A stretch of DNA of 62,836 nucleotides, taken from Trypethelium eluteriae. Taxonomy: Eukaryota. Shown piece by piece: positions 1-11,722 of this stretch. A model generated the notes under the pieces. It saw only the letters and a program-made list of their open reading frames with translations, was not told where the DNA came from and made no database searches. Within the stretch, counting starts at the first letter, position 1. Each line of letters starts with the position of its first letter. The position numbers were made by a program, and so were the translations under genes. Location of the stretch: positions 1-62,836 of the forward strand of contig JAVECL010000070.1 in the NCBI GenBank assembly GCA_051942245.1. The letters are read 5' to 3'.

Positions 1-1968
1 CCCCTCCCCAACCCTCTCAATCGCATCCTGCGCCCTCGGCACCCCAATCAGCGTAATCCCCCTCGGCACGCTCACATCCTCAATCTTAAAGCAGCCAAAC
101 GCAACCACCTTCTCCAACCGCGGCGCACACCGAAAGATGCCCGCCACGATGCCCGTGTCCACAGTATTACAGAACGAGATGTTCACGCTCCGCAGCTCCG
201 GGTAGCGGCATTTGATGTCCGCCGGATCGAACGCCGCCGCGAACGCAGCATGCGAGATGTGTCGGCAGGACGCGACGTCGAGGTGGCGCAGCGCAGGGCC
301 GGAATGTGCCATCAACGCGGTGAAGCCGGCTGAGGCGAGACCAACGGGCGAGTCTTCCGGGCCAGTGGGATTGTTATTGTCGATATCGCGGGTGGAGGAG
401 AGGTCGATGGTGTGGAGGGGGGGGTTAGCCCAGGAGGCGAAGAGGGAGGCGTAGGCGGCGTCGGTGACGAGGTCGTTGTCTGAGAAGCGGAGTTTGCGGA
501 GGTGGCGGGCATGTTCGTGGATGGTGGCGAGGACGGAATCGTCGGCGTCAACGAAGCGCTCGAGGCTGAGGGTTTCGAGGTGAGGGCCGTGGTGCTGAAT
601 GAGTGAGACGAGGACCCCGGGTGGTACTTCTTGGGTAGTGTGAAGGGAAAGGTGGCGGAGGGTACCAGCTGGGAGGGACGCAAGCCCTTGAATTGAGCTG
701 GCTCCCATACGACGGCAGGACTTGAGCTTAAGTCGTTGTAGACTCTGGCAATTTGATACCATTGCCTGGAAAGCCTCGTCATCAAAGGATGAATCCAGAT
801 CTTTGAGTTTGAGGACTTCCAGCTGAGGGCCACGCTCCTGAAAGAATTTCAGCCAGACGTCGTCGGTAACCAGATTGGCAGTGTAGAGATGAAGATGCTT
901 TAGGTGTGTTGCCTTTTCCATCATATACTGCATCACGTCGTCCTTGAAGGCATGTGCGTGGGCTAGGATGACATTTTCGACGTTCGGTATCACGGCAAAT
1001 ACCTGTTTCAGGTCGTCCTCGTCAAGTTCTGGTCAGAGTCAGTATGAGTTCTCGTGCAGCAAGTGGTAGAAAACTTACTTGCACAGTCATGAATAGCAAT
1101 GGTGTTAAGATCCGGCCTCAGGAACAGCTTTAGAGTCCGTGGATCCAAGACCCTCTTCTTTGTGAATATCTGACTGAGACGTTCCATGACGGTCGGTGGT
1201 AAGTCACCCAGTTCCTCGATCTCTTGGTGATGCTCCGCAACTTTCTGGATGCACAAATGTTGTAGAGACTTTGCCCCGTGCGTGATGAATCCATCCAGCC
1301 GATCGCTTTCTACTTTGCGACGCTTTCTACCCTGCGGTCCCTTTGGTTTCCTTTTTTCAGCCTTCTCGTCAGCTGCGAGTTCCTTCCCGCAAGCCGTGCA
1401 GACAAGCCCTCCCTCTGGTCCGGTCTTACTGTACGCTGTCACCGTGAAGCGCTTGTTGCAGATTTCGCAGTTCTCTAGTTGTCCCGGGGGCGGCCTTGCC
1501 TTCTTGTACATGTCCCTCGTGAATTCATCGTTATCGTAATCTTCGTCGCTGTCATCGGAGCCTTTACCCTTCCTGCCCTTCTTAGCTTTCTTTTTTGCTG
1601 CTTCCTTGGACTTTTTGATCGCAGCCACTGTGTCTTGTTCTTTGCGTTTCCGTTTGCGAGTCTTCTCAGCTGCTTCTTCCTCCGCAGCTATTTGTGCAGC
1701 GGCTGCAGCATCTTCATCGTCGCGGGCTTGAGCTGCATCTGCGTCTGCATCTGCAGTTTCATTTTGAGCATCTTCACCCTCAGTCTGCTGACGACGGCGA
1801 GTATAATCATCCCTAATCTGAGCAGCCGAAATATTATTCGCAGCAAGAAAGTCAGTTAGGGCAGAATGGGGTCCACGGATGCGGTTTCCCCCGGTTCTCC
1901 TGTTTGACCTGGAACAATTTCATGAGACTGGCACATGCTAAAGGTAATTGGATAGCGGTGTCTTACAT
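1..1968 (-). CDS. RAD7: Nucleotide excision repair LRR protein Rad7 homolog (3' end lies outside the window)
   Basis: Spliced N-terminus MSNRRTGGNRIRGPHSALTDFLAANNISA, a CxxC..CxxC motif (CEIC/CTAC), SLQHLC..ELGDLP..LSQIFTKKRVLD, then leucine-rich repeats to the window edge. Introns at 1966-1909 (splits the ATG) and 1078-1029. Confidence 0.85.
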
Positions 1969-2532
1969 TTTGAATTGACGATTTCGATTATAGAAGTGCG
2001 ACAGATACGTGGGTAAATTAAGATGGAGGTGGGGTGGAGGGAATTAAGCCATGGGTACGGATGACCTGGCCCTGGGTGGATGCGGAAGGCGCTGGCCAGG
2101 ATTACGCGTGAGAACAAACCCGCGCAGTCACGTGCTCACGTGCTACTCATCCTTCGCCTCAAGAAATTTCTCAACGAGAATTGACACGTCCAGATCACAC
2201 TATTCTTTCGTAGTGATATCCAAATCACTCGACGGCGTGGCAGAAGCATACACAGCGAGCTTGCGAAGTTACATTCTGATCGGAATTTAATTAATGTACT
2301 GGCTTTAGTACCTATCTACCTCGCCACGGTCTAGTCGTCGTGTGCATCCCCATAAATGCCTATATAACCAACAATCTGCAAGAAAGGTCAAAGAAGCCGT
2401 TGCTTGACCAGCGCAAAATTCGAATTGATCACTATGGTCTCCACAATAATCTGTGTCAAGCGAATTGATTCCATTGTCTCGCAGTATTAGCCGATTTCAA
2501 GTGTATTTGCTCACGCCGATTGCTTGATCTAC

Positions 2533-3623
2533 CTAGATATCGTCATAAGGATCATCATCACCGTCGTCATGGTCCTCTGGTTCCTCCTCATCCGAGCTGA
2601 GATATGGTAGCAACTCAGGCTTTGGCTATTCGAGTTTAGCGGGTCGCCATGGTATGACAAATTTGGGAACTTACCTTGGCCGCCTTGACCTTGGCCCATT
2701 TCCCACTTTTGTCAGTAGCGACAGGGCGTTGAGAGCGAGAAATTGAGGGGACAGTCCCAGATGATGCACGAGATGCTGAATGCCCCGGTTGGCCGTCTTT
2801 ATGTGGATCAAAATCTCGGGATGCCTGGCTCGCGGATTCTCCAGGACGCCCCTGCACTGTCCAGGTGCCAGTAGTACTCTGAGAACCCGCAGTTGACTGA
2901 CGTGCGCCGACAGATTCGCCTCCAACCGTTGAAGCTAATTCATTTTGAGATTCCGCGGCATCAGAAGGGCCATAATATTCTGTCTCGCCGGGATCTTGCT
3001 CCTCATCCCCATCCTCATCACTGTCTGCATCGAGGGTGTCGTTAGGCTCGCGCATAAGCTGTTCAGCCATGCATTTGTTACATTTCTTCTCAAGCATTTT
3101 AGTGTATCTCGCGAGTGGTTGAGGACTAAGTTCTAAGAGGGTTAAACCTACGGCTTTATCTGCTAGACGACGCTGTGTCTTCGAGAAACCATCCAAACCT
3201 TTGATAGAGTGACAGTGATAGCATTTCAGCTCTACGACTTGGGCGCCTGTGCAAGCGATGCAGTTGATACGACCATCAACGCTAGCATCCTTGTTTCGGA
3301 ACCGGACATAACGCGCATCGCTAAGTTGCTTCTTCGAATAGGCATCTTGCGACTTGTATTTCTCACAACGTTTACAGCGGATCCTTTTCACTTAGTCAGA
3401 AAATATTCGCCTTGGAATAGAAGGTGAATAGAGCATACTTTGGAGGTAAGGAGATGGCTTGGAGTCTATGGTCGCGTCAGTATCGAAGTCCAATGATGTC
3501 GTTCAATGTAGGAGATTTCGAGTTGCTACTGGCTGAGACCTACTTCGCGGATGGCTCGAATTTAGAAAACCCAAACTGGGCGCTGTTGAAACCTTGTGCA
3601 CCAGCCCCGGAGAAGGGAGCCAT
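2533..3623 (-). CDS. Stc1-domain zinc-binding protein with acidic C-terminus
   Basis: Repeated motif CKRC..YSKKQL..CIAC / CYHC..FSKTQRR..CNKC typical of the Stc1 domain. First exon MAPFSGAGAQGF from ATG 3623, last exon PKPELLPYLSSDEEEPEDHDDGDDDPYDDI ending TAG at 2535-2533. Internal intron boundaries are approximate. Confidence 0.7.
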
Positions 3624-4535
3624 GATCAGCTCGGCCAAGTAGCCAAGCAATATTCTATAGACCCCACAATCAATGAATTTGGGAGTTTGGAAGAGAAGGT
3701 CAAAGGGGACTTGAGTAAAGTAAGGTAGGGGAAGGAAAAGGCTTGCACAGCCGGACTGTCGAGGCACTTAAATGAATTTGTAGCGACAAAGCACGTGGCC
3801 TCTCGTCACCGGGGGATTCCTCATAAGGGAATCTGTTGGTGTGATAGAAAAAAGACTGAAGATATTCCTTGAGAGTGATGACTGTCTGGGCAAAAAGCGC
3901 AAAGCTTGCTGGTGATTCTGGTGACCCGTCGGCGAGGCTAATGAAAGGTGGAACAAGTGAGCAAGGAAGGCGCGAGGGAGTAACAGTTACGGTAGGCGAT
4001 CGCCGTAGAGTGTAAGTACGCGTGTGAGTGGGGCCGAGCTGCTTTCACTATAGAATGATAACGTAAATTTATTCTGCGATCACCAGGGAAATGAGTGGTT
4101 CCGTGAAGTGTCGAGGTGTTAGGCAGGAAAATTAAGGCATGCAGAAGCGTTGTGAGGTACACTGAAGGTAATAGGCGATCCCTCATAGGAGGAGGTAGAA
4201 GGGTAACATCTTTCAATCCACACTCACGTAGCAAGCGAGAGCGGTGGTTTCATGGCCCCTTATGTATCGCGCAGGGGAGAACGCCTGAACAAGCTAAAGC
4301 TTGGACTTGAGGTCAAAGGGACGTTTGGAAAAATGAGTAGACTACTCATATTTATCAGAAGAGGAGATATTTGAAGTCTATTACGGGTTTCGCAAAGTCC
4401 ATCGCCAATGCAATGAACAGGAGTATACTGTACAGATCAAACCAACACAGGCAAAACCAAAAACCACCGAGTCGCAAATGCCGCTTCTCCTATTATACGT
4501 CTATAGGTAATGGTACAAGAAGAGGTAACGTGCGT

Positions 4536-5281
4536 CTATTTGGTCTCGTCGCGAAGGAAAGTGATCAGGTCATTCCGGTCCTTGGCCTTCTTCAAGCCAC
4601 CGAAGGCCATCTTGGTGCCGGGGATGTATTTCTTGGGATTTTCGAGGTATTCGAACTTTCGCTCGTCAATGGTGATGCTTTAAAAGGCGATGAACTTGCA
4701 GATCAATCATACCAGGGTGTCCTCAGCCCACGTGATGCCTTTTTGCTTGTTTGCGTCGGTGTATGAGAATCCCTCCACCTGTCCTGTCTTACGACCGAAA
4801 AGACCGTGTAGGTTTGGGCCAATCTTGTTGCCTTCACTCTCTTTCAAGTTGTGGCATTGGGCGCATCGTGTCTGCATTACGTCAGACTCGGAAGAGACAA
4901 TCGTGGCCATAAACCATTTTCCAGCTGGTTTGGCTGTCCAGACTCACCTTGAAGAGGCCGGCGCCCTTCTTGCTATCACCTATAGAGAAAAGTCAGCGTT
5001 TGAATTACGAATGCTCTCTCGTAGGTTCGATAGATAAACCGCAGAGATCAAAACAGCTGGGGATGATGGGAACCCGTCGCAAAGGTGGCAAACTTCTCGA
5101 AGCTCGTCGAAGTTACAGTACGAGGTGTGCCACGCTGAAGCGACGGCTACCGCAGCATCTGTAGGTATTGTGTATGTCCATGGATGAAAGCGCGCTGAAG
5201 TGGCCAAAGCTGGTGACGTCGTGCAAAGGGGATGATTGTAGAGGAGAATTGCCTACCGTCTGAGAAGCTGTCCTTGCCCAT
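4536..5281 (-). CDS. CYC1: Cytochrome c
   Basis: Spliced [42 protein letters not shown]..|[39 protein letters not shown]; CxxCH heme motif; three GT-AG introns, the first at 5256-4980. Confidence 0.97.
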
Positions 5282-6011
5282 TTCGAAGAATCTGGAGGTG
5301 CAAGAAGGTTGGAGGAATTTGATGCGTGCTCAAAGAGGACTCCAGAGAAATTGATGAATGGTTGAGAAGCGTGGAATGAGAAGAAAGAAAAAAAGTTGAC
5401 TTGGAAAGTATTGCGTCCGAGCATCCCAGCGGAAGCGTGCTTAGCGCATCTGCTTATTCCCTGTCGGCCAACAGAAAGCCTGGCTGCAAGTCAGCAGAAC
5501 CGGGCCCCCTAGGGCCGAGAACTCCCGACGCCACGGAAGACATCATCATTCCATCGATTTTTATGCAATCATCTGTGCTCCCTGCACAGCATCATGCCTC
5601 CTGCATAATCTCGGGAACCTCGGGAAATGGCTCAAGAAAAGTCATCGAAGCCAGGAGAAGTGTCAGGGGGATCTGCCGTCGGGATCCTCTCGAACCCGGA
5701 TGAGGATCTCCCAGGTGCAAAAAAGCCTCTCCATAGGAGACGGACGACTTTTCGGTTAGCTAGAGTATGATGATCTCCGATGTTTTTCCACAACCATATT
5801 CTTATTTTTGGCCAGCAAAAGCCAGTCACCATGGCTCTCGAAACCGTGTTGGTCCCGAGTCATAATAACAAAAAGTTGATAAGCATTGACGCTACCTTAC
5901 TGCTGCATTGCAGCTTTTCATAGGCCTGCACTCGCCAATGAGCACCAGGCTAACGTTCATGGTCATCCTCTCGAACACTTGCCTATCTCAGCCTTCCCCA
6001 ATGATCCATCC

Positions 6012-7336
6012 ATGGCGACAAGTCTCATCCCCGATGTCCTGTATGGCAACCAGGCCAGCACCACGTGGCTCATAGTCGGCGCATCGAGAGGCATTGGATT
6101 AGAGTTTGTCAGACAACTTCTCAGACGTGAAGAACGCATTCTCGCAACCGTTCGAGACCCTAATGCATGGCATGCATCCGGGCTGTGGTCACAAGTGGGT
6201 AGCGATCATGGCCGTTGCCAGATGTTTGTCTGCGACGTCTTGTCAGAAGCCAGCATTACGGTACTCCGTATACCCGAATACTTTTAGGCGCGCAGCTGTA
6301 GACTAACGCGATCAGAACTTCGTTGCAGAGATCGCCGCCATCCCGGGCCTTAAATTGGATTATGTTGTTATTAACGCGTACGCCTTATCCTCATCCAGTA
6401 AAACTTCTTATCCACTTCTAACTCAACTCCACCTACAGTGGCGTTCTTAGATATCCCAATGTACGTGGACACGAGAGAAGTAGTTCGCTGATTTCTGCTG
6501 ACCTGCACAGAGAGCTACAGAACTGTAGGTTTCTCCAAAGCCAGCATGGATTATTTTGTATACATTCACGTTGTCTATACACTACTTGCTGAATCTATGG
6601 CACCGTTTTGCTTTTTCTGGGTCAAGCTGCAAGGCAACCCATTTGTTCCTCGTATCAGACAGTATTGACATTGCGTCGTCTAGTTCTTTTGAGGAGTTCG
6701 CGTTCCATTTACATACCAATACCATTGGTCCCATCATCACCGCCCAAAAGCTCCTCAAAACTGCAATTCCTATAGGAACCATTGTTTTCATGTCCAGTGA
6801 CTCCGGTTCTGCTCAACTCTTCCGAGAGATGGAGGACGGGTAAAGATCCTTTGTATGACAGGCCCCAACTTGTTTACTGACTTTCTCTACTTAGATTTGC
6901 TGCATACGCAGCATCCAAGGCGGCCCTCAATCAAATGCTCAGAGTACTTCAGGCCTATCTGTACTTCGTAACTTTGACAAGGCTGACCACACTCAGCACA
7001 TGGCTGCAGAGCTAAAGCGCAATGACGATGACACAATCATCCTTGCTATGCACCCAGGAGAAGTAGCAACGTCAGCTTCTCTCTAAATTCAGGAAAGCAA
7101 TGCGACTAACTTTGCTGCAGAGAGATGTCCAACATCGATGTTGCATGGCAAGTGGATGGCATTATCACACCCGAACAATCCGTTGCATCAATGATCAATG
7201 TCATTCAAAGTAAGGGTCTTCAGCATAGCGGGACGTTCTGGACTTGGGAGAACAGAGTACGAGTCCCTCTCTACATGAGACTACACATGCCTCCTGACTT
7301 CTGACTTCTGACTTCTGACAGTTATATCCATGGTGA
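6012..7336 (+). CDS. Short-chain dehydrogenase/reductase, C-factor/CsgA-like
   Basis: GASRGIG nucleotide-binding motif, INAG, YAASK catalytic motif, HPG, terminal LYPW-type end. Eight introns with donors near 6261, 6378, 6461, 6525, 6840, 6944, 7070 and 7257. Confidence 0.85.
7295..7321 (+). repeat. (CTGACTT)x3 + CTGACAG tandem repeat at the 3' end of the last SDR intron
   Basis: Read directly: ctgactt ctgactt ctgactt ctgacag. Confidence 0.85.
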
Positions 7337-8090
7337 TTAAATCGACAGATGCATCATTAGCAGTCTCACATTTCTGCATTAAAGGGTAGGCTTTCTTTTC
7401 GCATACATTCGCTTATAATGTCTATTGTAGTGTATGAATACCCAGTCATTACTGTCTCATGACAGTGTATAGCTATATTCAGGCTGTCCTTCTCTAGACA
7501 GTTTCGGGGTTGCAAAAGTCCTAATATATTCTACTTTTTCGCTGTACTCTGCCAAGTATCCCAGAAGGCTCTTCACGCAGTTCGCTGCGGTCTGCTCTAT
7601 TATTTGATGATTCTGTTGGCCGGAAATGCTATCGGATGATGCATTTTCCCATCCTGTCCATCAGTGGGAGTTGACATGGCTGGTAAGGGCCTGTATATAC
7701 GGCTCACTCGGCCCGTCAAAAGGTCTCTCAACTTTTCCTTTAGCAATCTCGAGCAGGAAACTGCCAACCGTTTCCCCTCAAAATTCTCCTACATTTCTTC
7801 CATGTCAAAGACTCGAGTCCTCCACTCTATGAGAATCTCGTAATCAATTCCCCAATTCGAACTCCTCATCTCGACCCATAAGGACTGCCTTTGAAGTGGT
7901 GGTAAGTGGTCGACGGGAGCCGCTTCAGCAGCAGTGGCATCTCTAAGAAGTTTAGCGTGGCTCCACTAGCGGGCAAACGGCGCATCGTAGGTTCCCCACC
8001 ATATCTACACAAAACTACAAGCCCCTCACAATATAGCGCAATGGAGCTCCAGCTTCGCATGTCTGTTGAAAGGCGTCGCTCTTTTCAAAT

Positions 8091-9676
8091 ATGTCGATTG
8101 CCTGTCTTCGACCATTACGTTGCTCATCGATCACGCGTCGGTCAAATTTATTGACCACCAATCGAATTCGCCATGGAGGGGTCGCTCATATATCAGCATG
8201 CAGGAGCTTCTCCTCAACACCCAGACAATGCCTTGCAACAATTGAGATGTCAGAGCAAGACTTGAGGAGCTTGAAGGTGAACCAAGACCGTCTGATGAAT
8301 AATCTCCACTACAGCTCCGAATGGGGTAAAGGCGAGCGCTGGGGAAGGTAAACACTTTATCAGAGATCTCCTAACACTGTCTCTCCGGGCCTTCCCAAAA
8401 GACTGACCTCCCCTTTCATTCCAGCAACCCAACCGACGTCGGTATGTCCCGCCTCGCGCTCTCCCCCTCAGACAAGCAAGCCCGCGACTGGTTCGCCACC
8501 AAAGCCTCCCAACTCGGCTGCACTCTGACCACCGACGCCGTGGGCAACCAATTCGCGATACGCCCTGGTCGAAGTTCCGGCCCCCCGACGTGTGCAGGCT
8601 CCCACCTCGACACACAGCCTGCAGGGGGCCGCTACGACGGCATCCTGGGCGTGACGGCAGGGCTCGAGCTCCTCGAGGTGCTCAACGAGTGCTGGATCGA
8701 GACCGAGTACCCCGTGGGCGTGATCAACTGGACGAACGAGGAAGGCGCGCGGTTTCCGGTGTCGATGGTTGCGTCAGGAGTGTGGAGTGGGGCGATTCCG
8801 CTGGAGAGGGCGCATAATCTGCAGTCTGTGATACCGATGGGGGACTCGGCAACGATGGAGAGCGCGTTGAGAGGGATTGGGTATCTGGGAGAAGTGCCGG
8901 CGAGCTGGAAGGCGAATCCGATTGCGGCGCACTTTGAGCTGCACATTGAGCAGGGACCGCATCTGGTGCGGAGTGGGCGGAAAGTTGGCGTGGTGGAAGG
9001 GGTGCAGGCTTATCGATGGTTTAGCGTCACGGTTACAGGGCGGGATACGCATACGGGAACGACCGATTTCCCGAGTCGAGCTGATGCGCTACTGGCTGCG
9101 AGTCGCATGATCTTGGCCTCACATAATGCAGCGACGAGAGTGGGAAGGGGTGCCTTGGCTAGCACGGGGATTTTAGAGGCGAGACCCGGGAGCACGAATA
9201 CGGTGCCGGGACGCGTGAGGTTCAGTCTAGACATTCGAGCGCCGAAGGATGAGGTGTTAGATCAGCTAGAGGCAGTGTTAAGGGAAGAGTTTGAGAGATT
9301 GGCAAGCGGAGAGGATGTAGGAGGGCTGACGGTGGGAGGCACGCCGGGACTACCGTGTGGGGTGGAATGGCGCACAGATAGTGTGTCCGAGGCTATCAAG
9401 TTTCACCCGGACTGCATTAATTGTGTTGCAGAGTCCTCTACGGCGCTGTTTGGAGAGCAGAAGGTAGAGGGCATGACGATGGGGATGACGAGTGGAGCTG
9501 GGCATGACAGTGTGTATACCAGCAAGCGATGTCCGACCAGTATGATCTTCGTGCCTTGTAGAGATGGTATCAGTCACAATCCGGCCGAGTACTGCGAGCC
9601 GGAAGACTGCGCTATTGGCGCTCAGGTTTTGCTCGGGAGTGTACTACGATACGACAAGTTACGAGCCACGAGATAG
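8091..9676 (+). CDS. M20-family amidohydrolase, beta-ureidopropionase (beta-alanine synthase)/N-carbamoyl-amino acid hydrolase-like
   Basis: GSHLDTQPAGGRYDGILGV, NWTNEEGARF, HFELHIEQGP, SGAGHD and GISHNPAE motifs. One intron at about 8348-8423. Arg/Ser-rich N-terminus resembles a mitochondrial presequence. Confidence 0.9.
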
Positions 9677-9820
9677 CAGGAATCCCAGAAGTAAAAGAGA
9701 CTATTGTCAGCTATCTCGAGGATGTTTAACTCATGCTGATGCACGTCAATCGAATGCATAACCATCCGGCATCTCCGTATCCCGTGAAACCCCAATGTCA
9801 AAGAGAAGAGTACATCAGAT

Positions 9821-10461
9821 CTAAGATGGAGGAGGTGCCCCACGGCCCCGCCCAAAACCACCTCGGAACTGAGGCGCAAACTCCCCAGGTGCTCCTCCTC
9901 CCTCTTTCTCAGCTCCAAACTCCCTCCGACGGTACCCTCCCTCTCGGTCTCCCCTACCACCTCGTCCGCCTCCGCGCCGTTCACGTTCGTCACCCAGCAT
10001 TCCACGGGGTGGTGCGTGCGAGCGCTGCTGTTTGATATGCGTTTGGGGCACGATTTCAGCAGGCAGGTGCAGCCATTCACGCAGATAGTCCAGACCCTCG
10101 GGAGTCAAAGTGTAGTAGTAGTATTGCCAGGAGAATTGCGTCTTGAGGTAGCCACGGGAGGTGAGGGATTGGCAAGCTTTGATGACGAAGAGGTTACGGG
10201 TATCGATTTCATCGTGTTTTGGTTTGTTGAAATCCTTTTTGGCGACGAGAACGCCCTCTACAGAAAGTACCTCGTTAGCAAGCTCGGCCTTGTGGTGTCT
10301 ATGAAAGAGAAATCGAAGGTGAGATAGGAGAAATATGCATGTGCATACCGCGGAAGAGGTACTCGTGGATTTTCTTCCGATCTGGCTTCGGAATCAACCT
10401 GTGAAGTTTCAGCTTGGATTACCTGGGATATTCTATCAGTATCGATGAGGAATTCTTACAT
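9821..10461 (-). CDS. RPS10: 40S ribosomal protein S10
   Basis: Spliced [60 protein letters not shown], with an RGG-rich tail. Intron 10459-10399 splits the ATG; second intron at about 10348-10259. Confidence 0.95.
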
Positions 10462-10789
10462 GTTGGCGGTACTCTACGAAGTCGAAAGTATGATGTTGAG
10501 TCAAGTACTCTTGCATTGAATATTGGCTATGGTGCGGTGCAGTCGTCTAATGGTCAGGGCGGTGAGAGAAGTGCCCGCAGCCGGCAGAACTTCAACTTAG
10601 ACCATCACTTCGCTTTCGCCCAACCTCCCACACCACTTGCTCAACACACCTCGTCACAACTCGAACCTCCATTGCAGAACCCCTACTTGAAGCTACTTCT
10701 ACTGAACATCCCTTTCAAGAGGCTCTTACGTTTCTACAAACAACTCCAAGGCTTTTCTGGAAAGCCGCCGCTTTACAAATACCGCCACC

Positions 10790-11722
10790 ATGCCGACCGA
10801 AATAATCAATATCCTACTCACATCCTTTCCGGGGCTGAACCTGCCATCCACAAAGTCGCTTCCCCTTCCCGCAAACAGTTCGATCAATGATTTATGCTCA
10901 ACTCTATCCTCTCATCTTCCCTCTCGCACGCCTAAAGACCGCCTCATCCTCACCACAACTTCCAACCATCAATTGGATCCTACTTCCTCTTCTCCACTTT
11001 CAACACTTCTCTCTCGCGACGACACATCAACATGCGCTCTCCTCCCTCTACGTCTAACTACCCGCCTCCCAGGAGGCAAAGGCGGCTTCGGCTCTCAACT
11101 CCGCGCGGCTGGCGGACGAATGCAATCCCGGAAAAAGCGCGATAATGGCCCGAACACCAGCTCCAACCGCGCGCTTGGCGGTCCGCGCTATCGCGTCATC
11201 GCAGAAGCCAAGTCACTCGCAGAGTACTACGCGACGCAGCCTGAGCGCGAACGAACGGAGAAGGAGGAGAAGAGGAAGAGGTGGGAGGCGATTGTGGAGG
11301 CGGCGGAGAAGAAACAAGAGGAGGTGAGGGCTGGTAAAGGGGGCAAAGGGAAGTTAGATGGGAAGTGGATAGAGAGTAAGGAGGAGACGGAGGAAAAGAT
11401 GAGAGAGGCAGTCAGAAGAGCGGTGTCGAGTGGGGACGTTGAGGGTTTGCTGAAGGAAGGGAGTGATGTGTCGGCTGAGGGATCATCGGAAGGGAGGAGT
11501 GAAAGTGATGAAGACGAGGAAGGCGAGGATGAAGAAGAGAAAGCGGGGAGTTCTAGAGGGATTACAGAAGGAAAGGGTAGTAAACAAGCGCAGTCGAGGA
11601 CGTTCTTTGGGTGGGATGAGGATGAGGATATGAGTAGCGACGACGAGGACGCAGATGAGTCATCAAGTGAAGGGGCACAGGTCATGGAAACAGTCATGGG
11701 GAAAGGGAAAGCAAAGGCGTAG
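10790..11722 (+). CDS. SDE2: Sde2 ubiquitin-fold-activated splicing/silencing factor
   Basis: N-terminal ubiquitin-like region ending LPGG|KGGFGSQLRAAGGRM (the Sde2 cleavage-site signature), followed by a coiled-coil and an acidic tail; intronless. Confidence 0.9.
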   Translation: MPTEIINILLTSFPGLNLPSTKSLPLPANSSINDLCSTLSSHLPSRTPKDRLILTTTSNHQLDPTSSSPLSTLLSRDDTSTCALLPLRLTTRLPGGKGGFGSQLRAAGGRMQSRKKRDNGPNTSSNRALGGPRYRVIAEAKSLAEYYATQPERERTEKEEKRKRWEAIVEAAEKKQEEVRAGKGGKGKLDGKWIESKEETEEKMREAVRRAVSSGDVEGLLKEGSDVSAEGSSEGRSESDEDEEGEDEEEKAGSSRGITEGKGSKQAQSRTFFGWDEDEDMSSDDEDADESSSEGAQVMETVMGKGKAKA

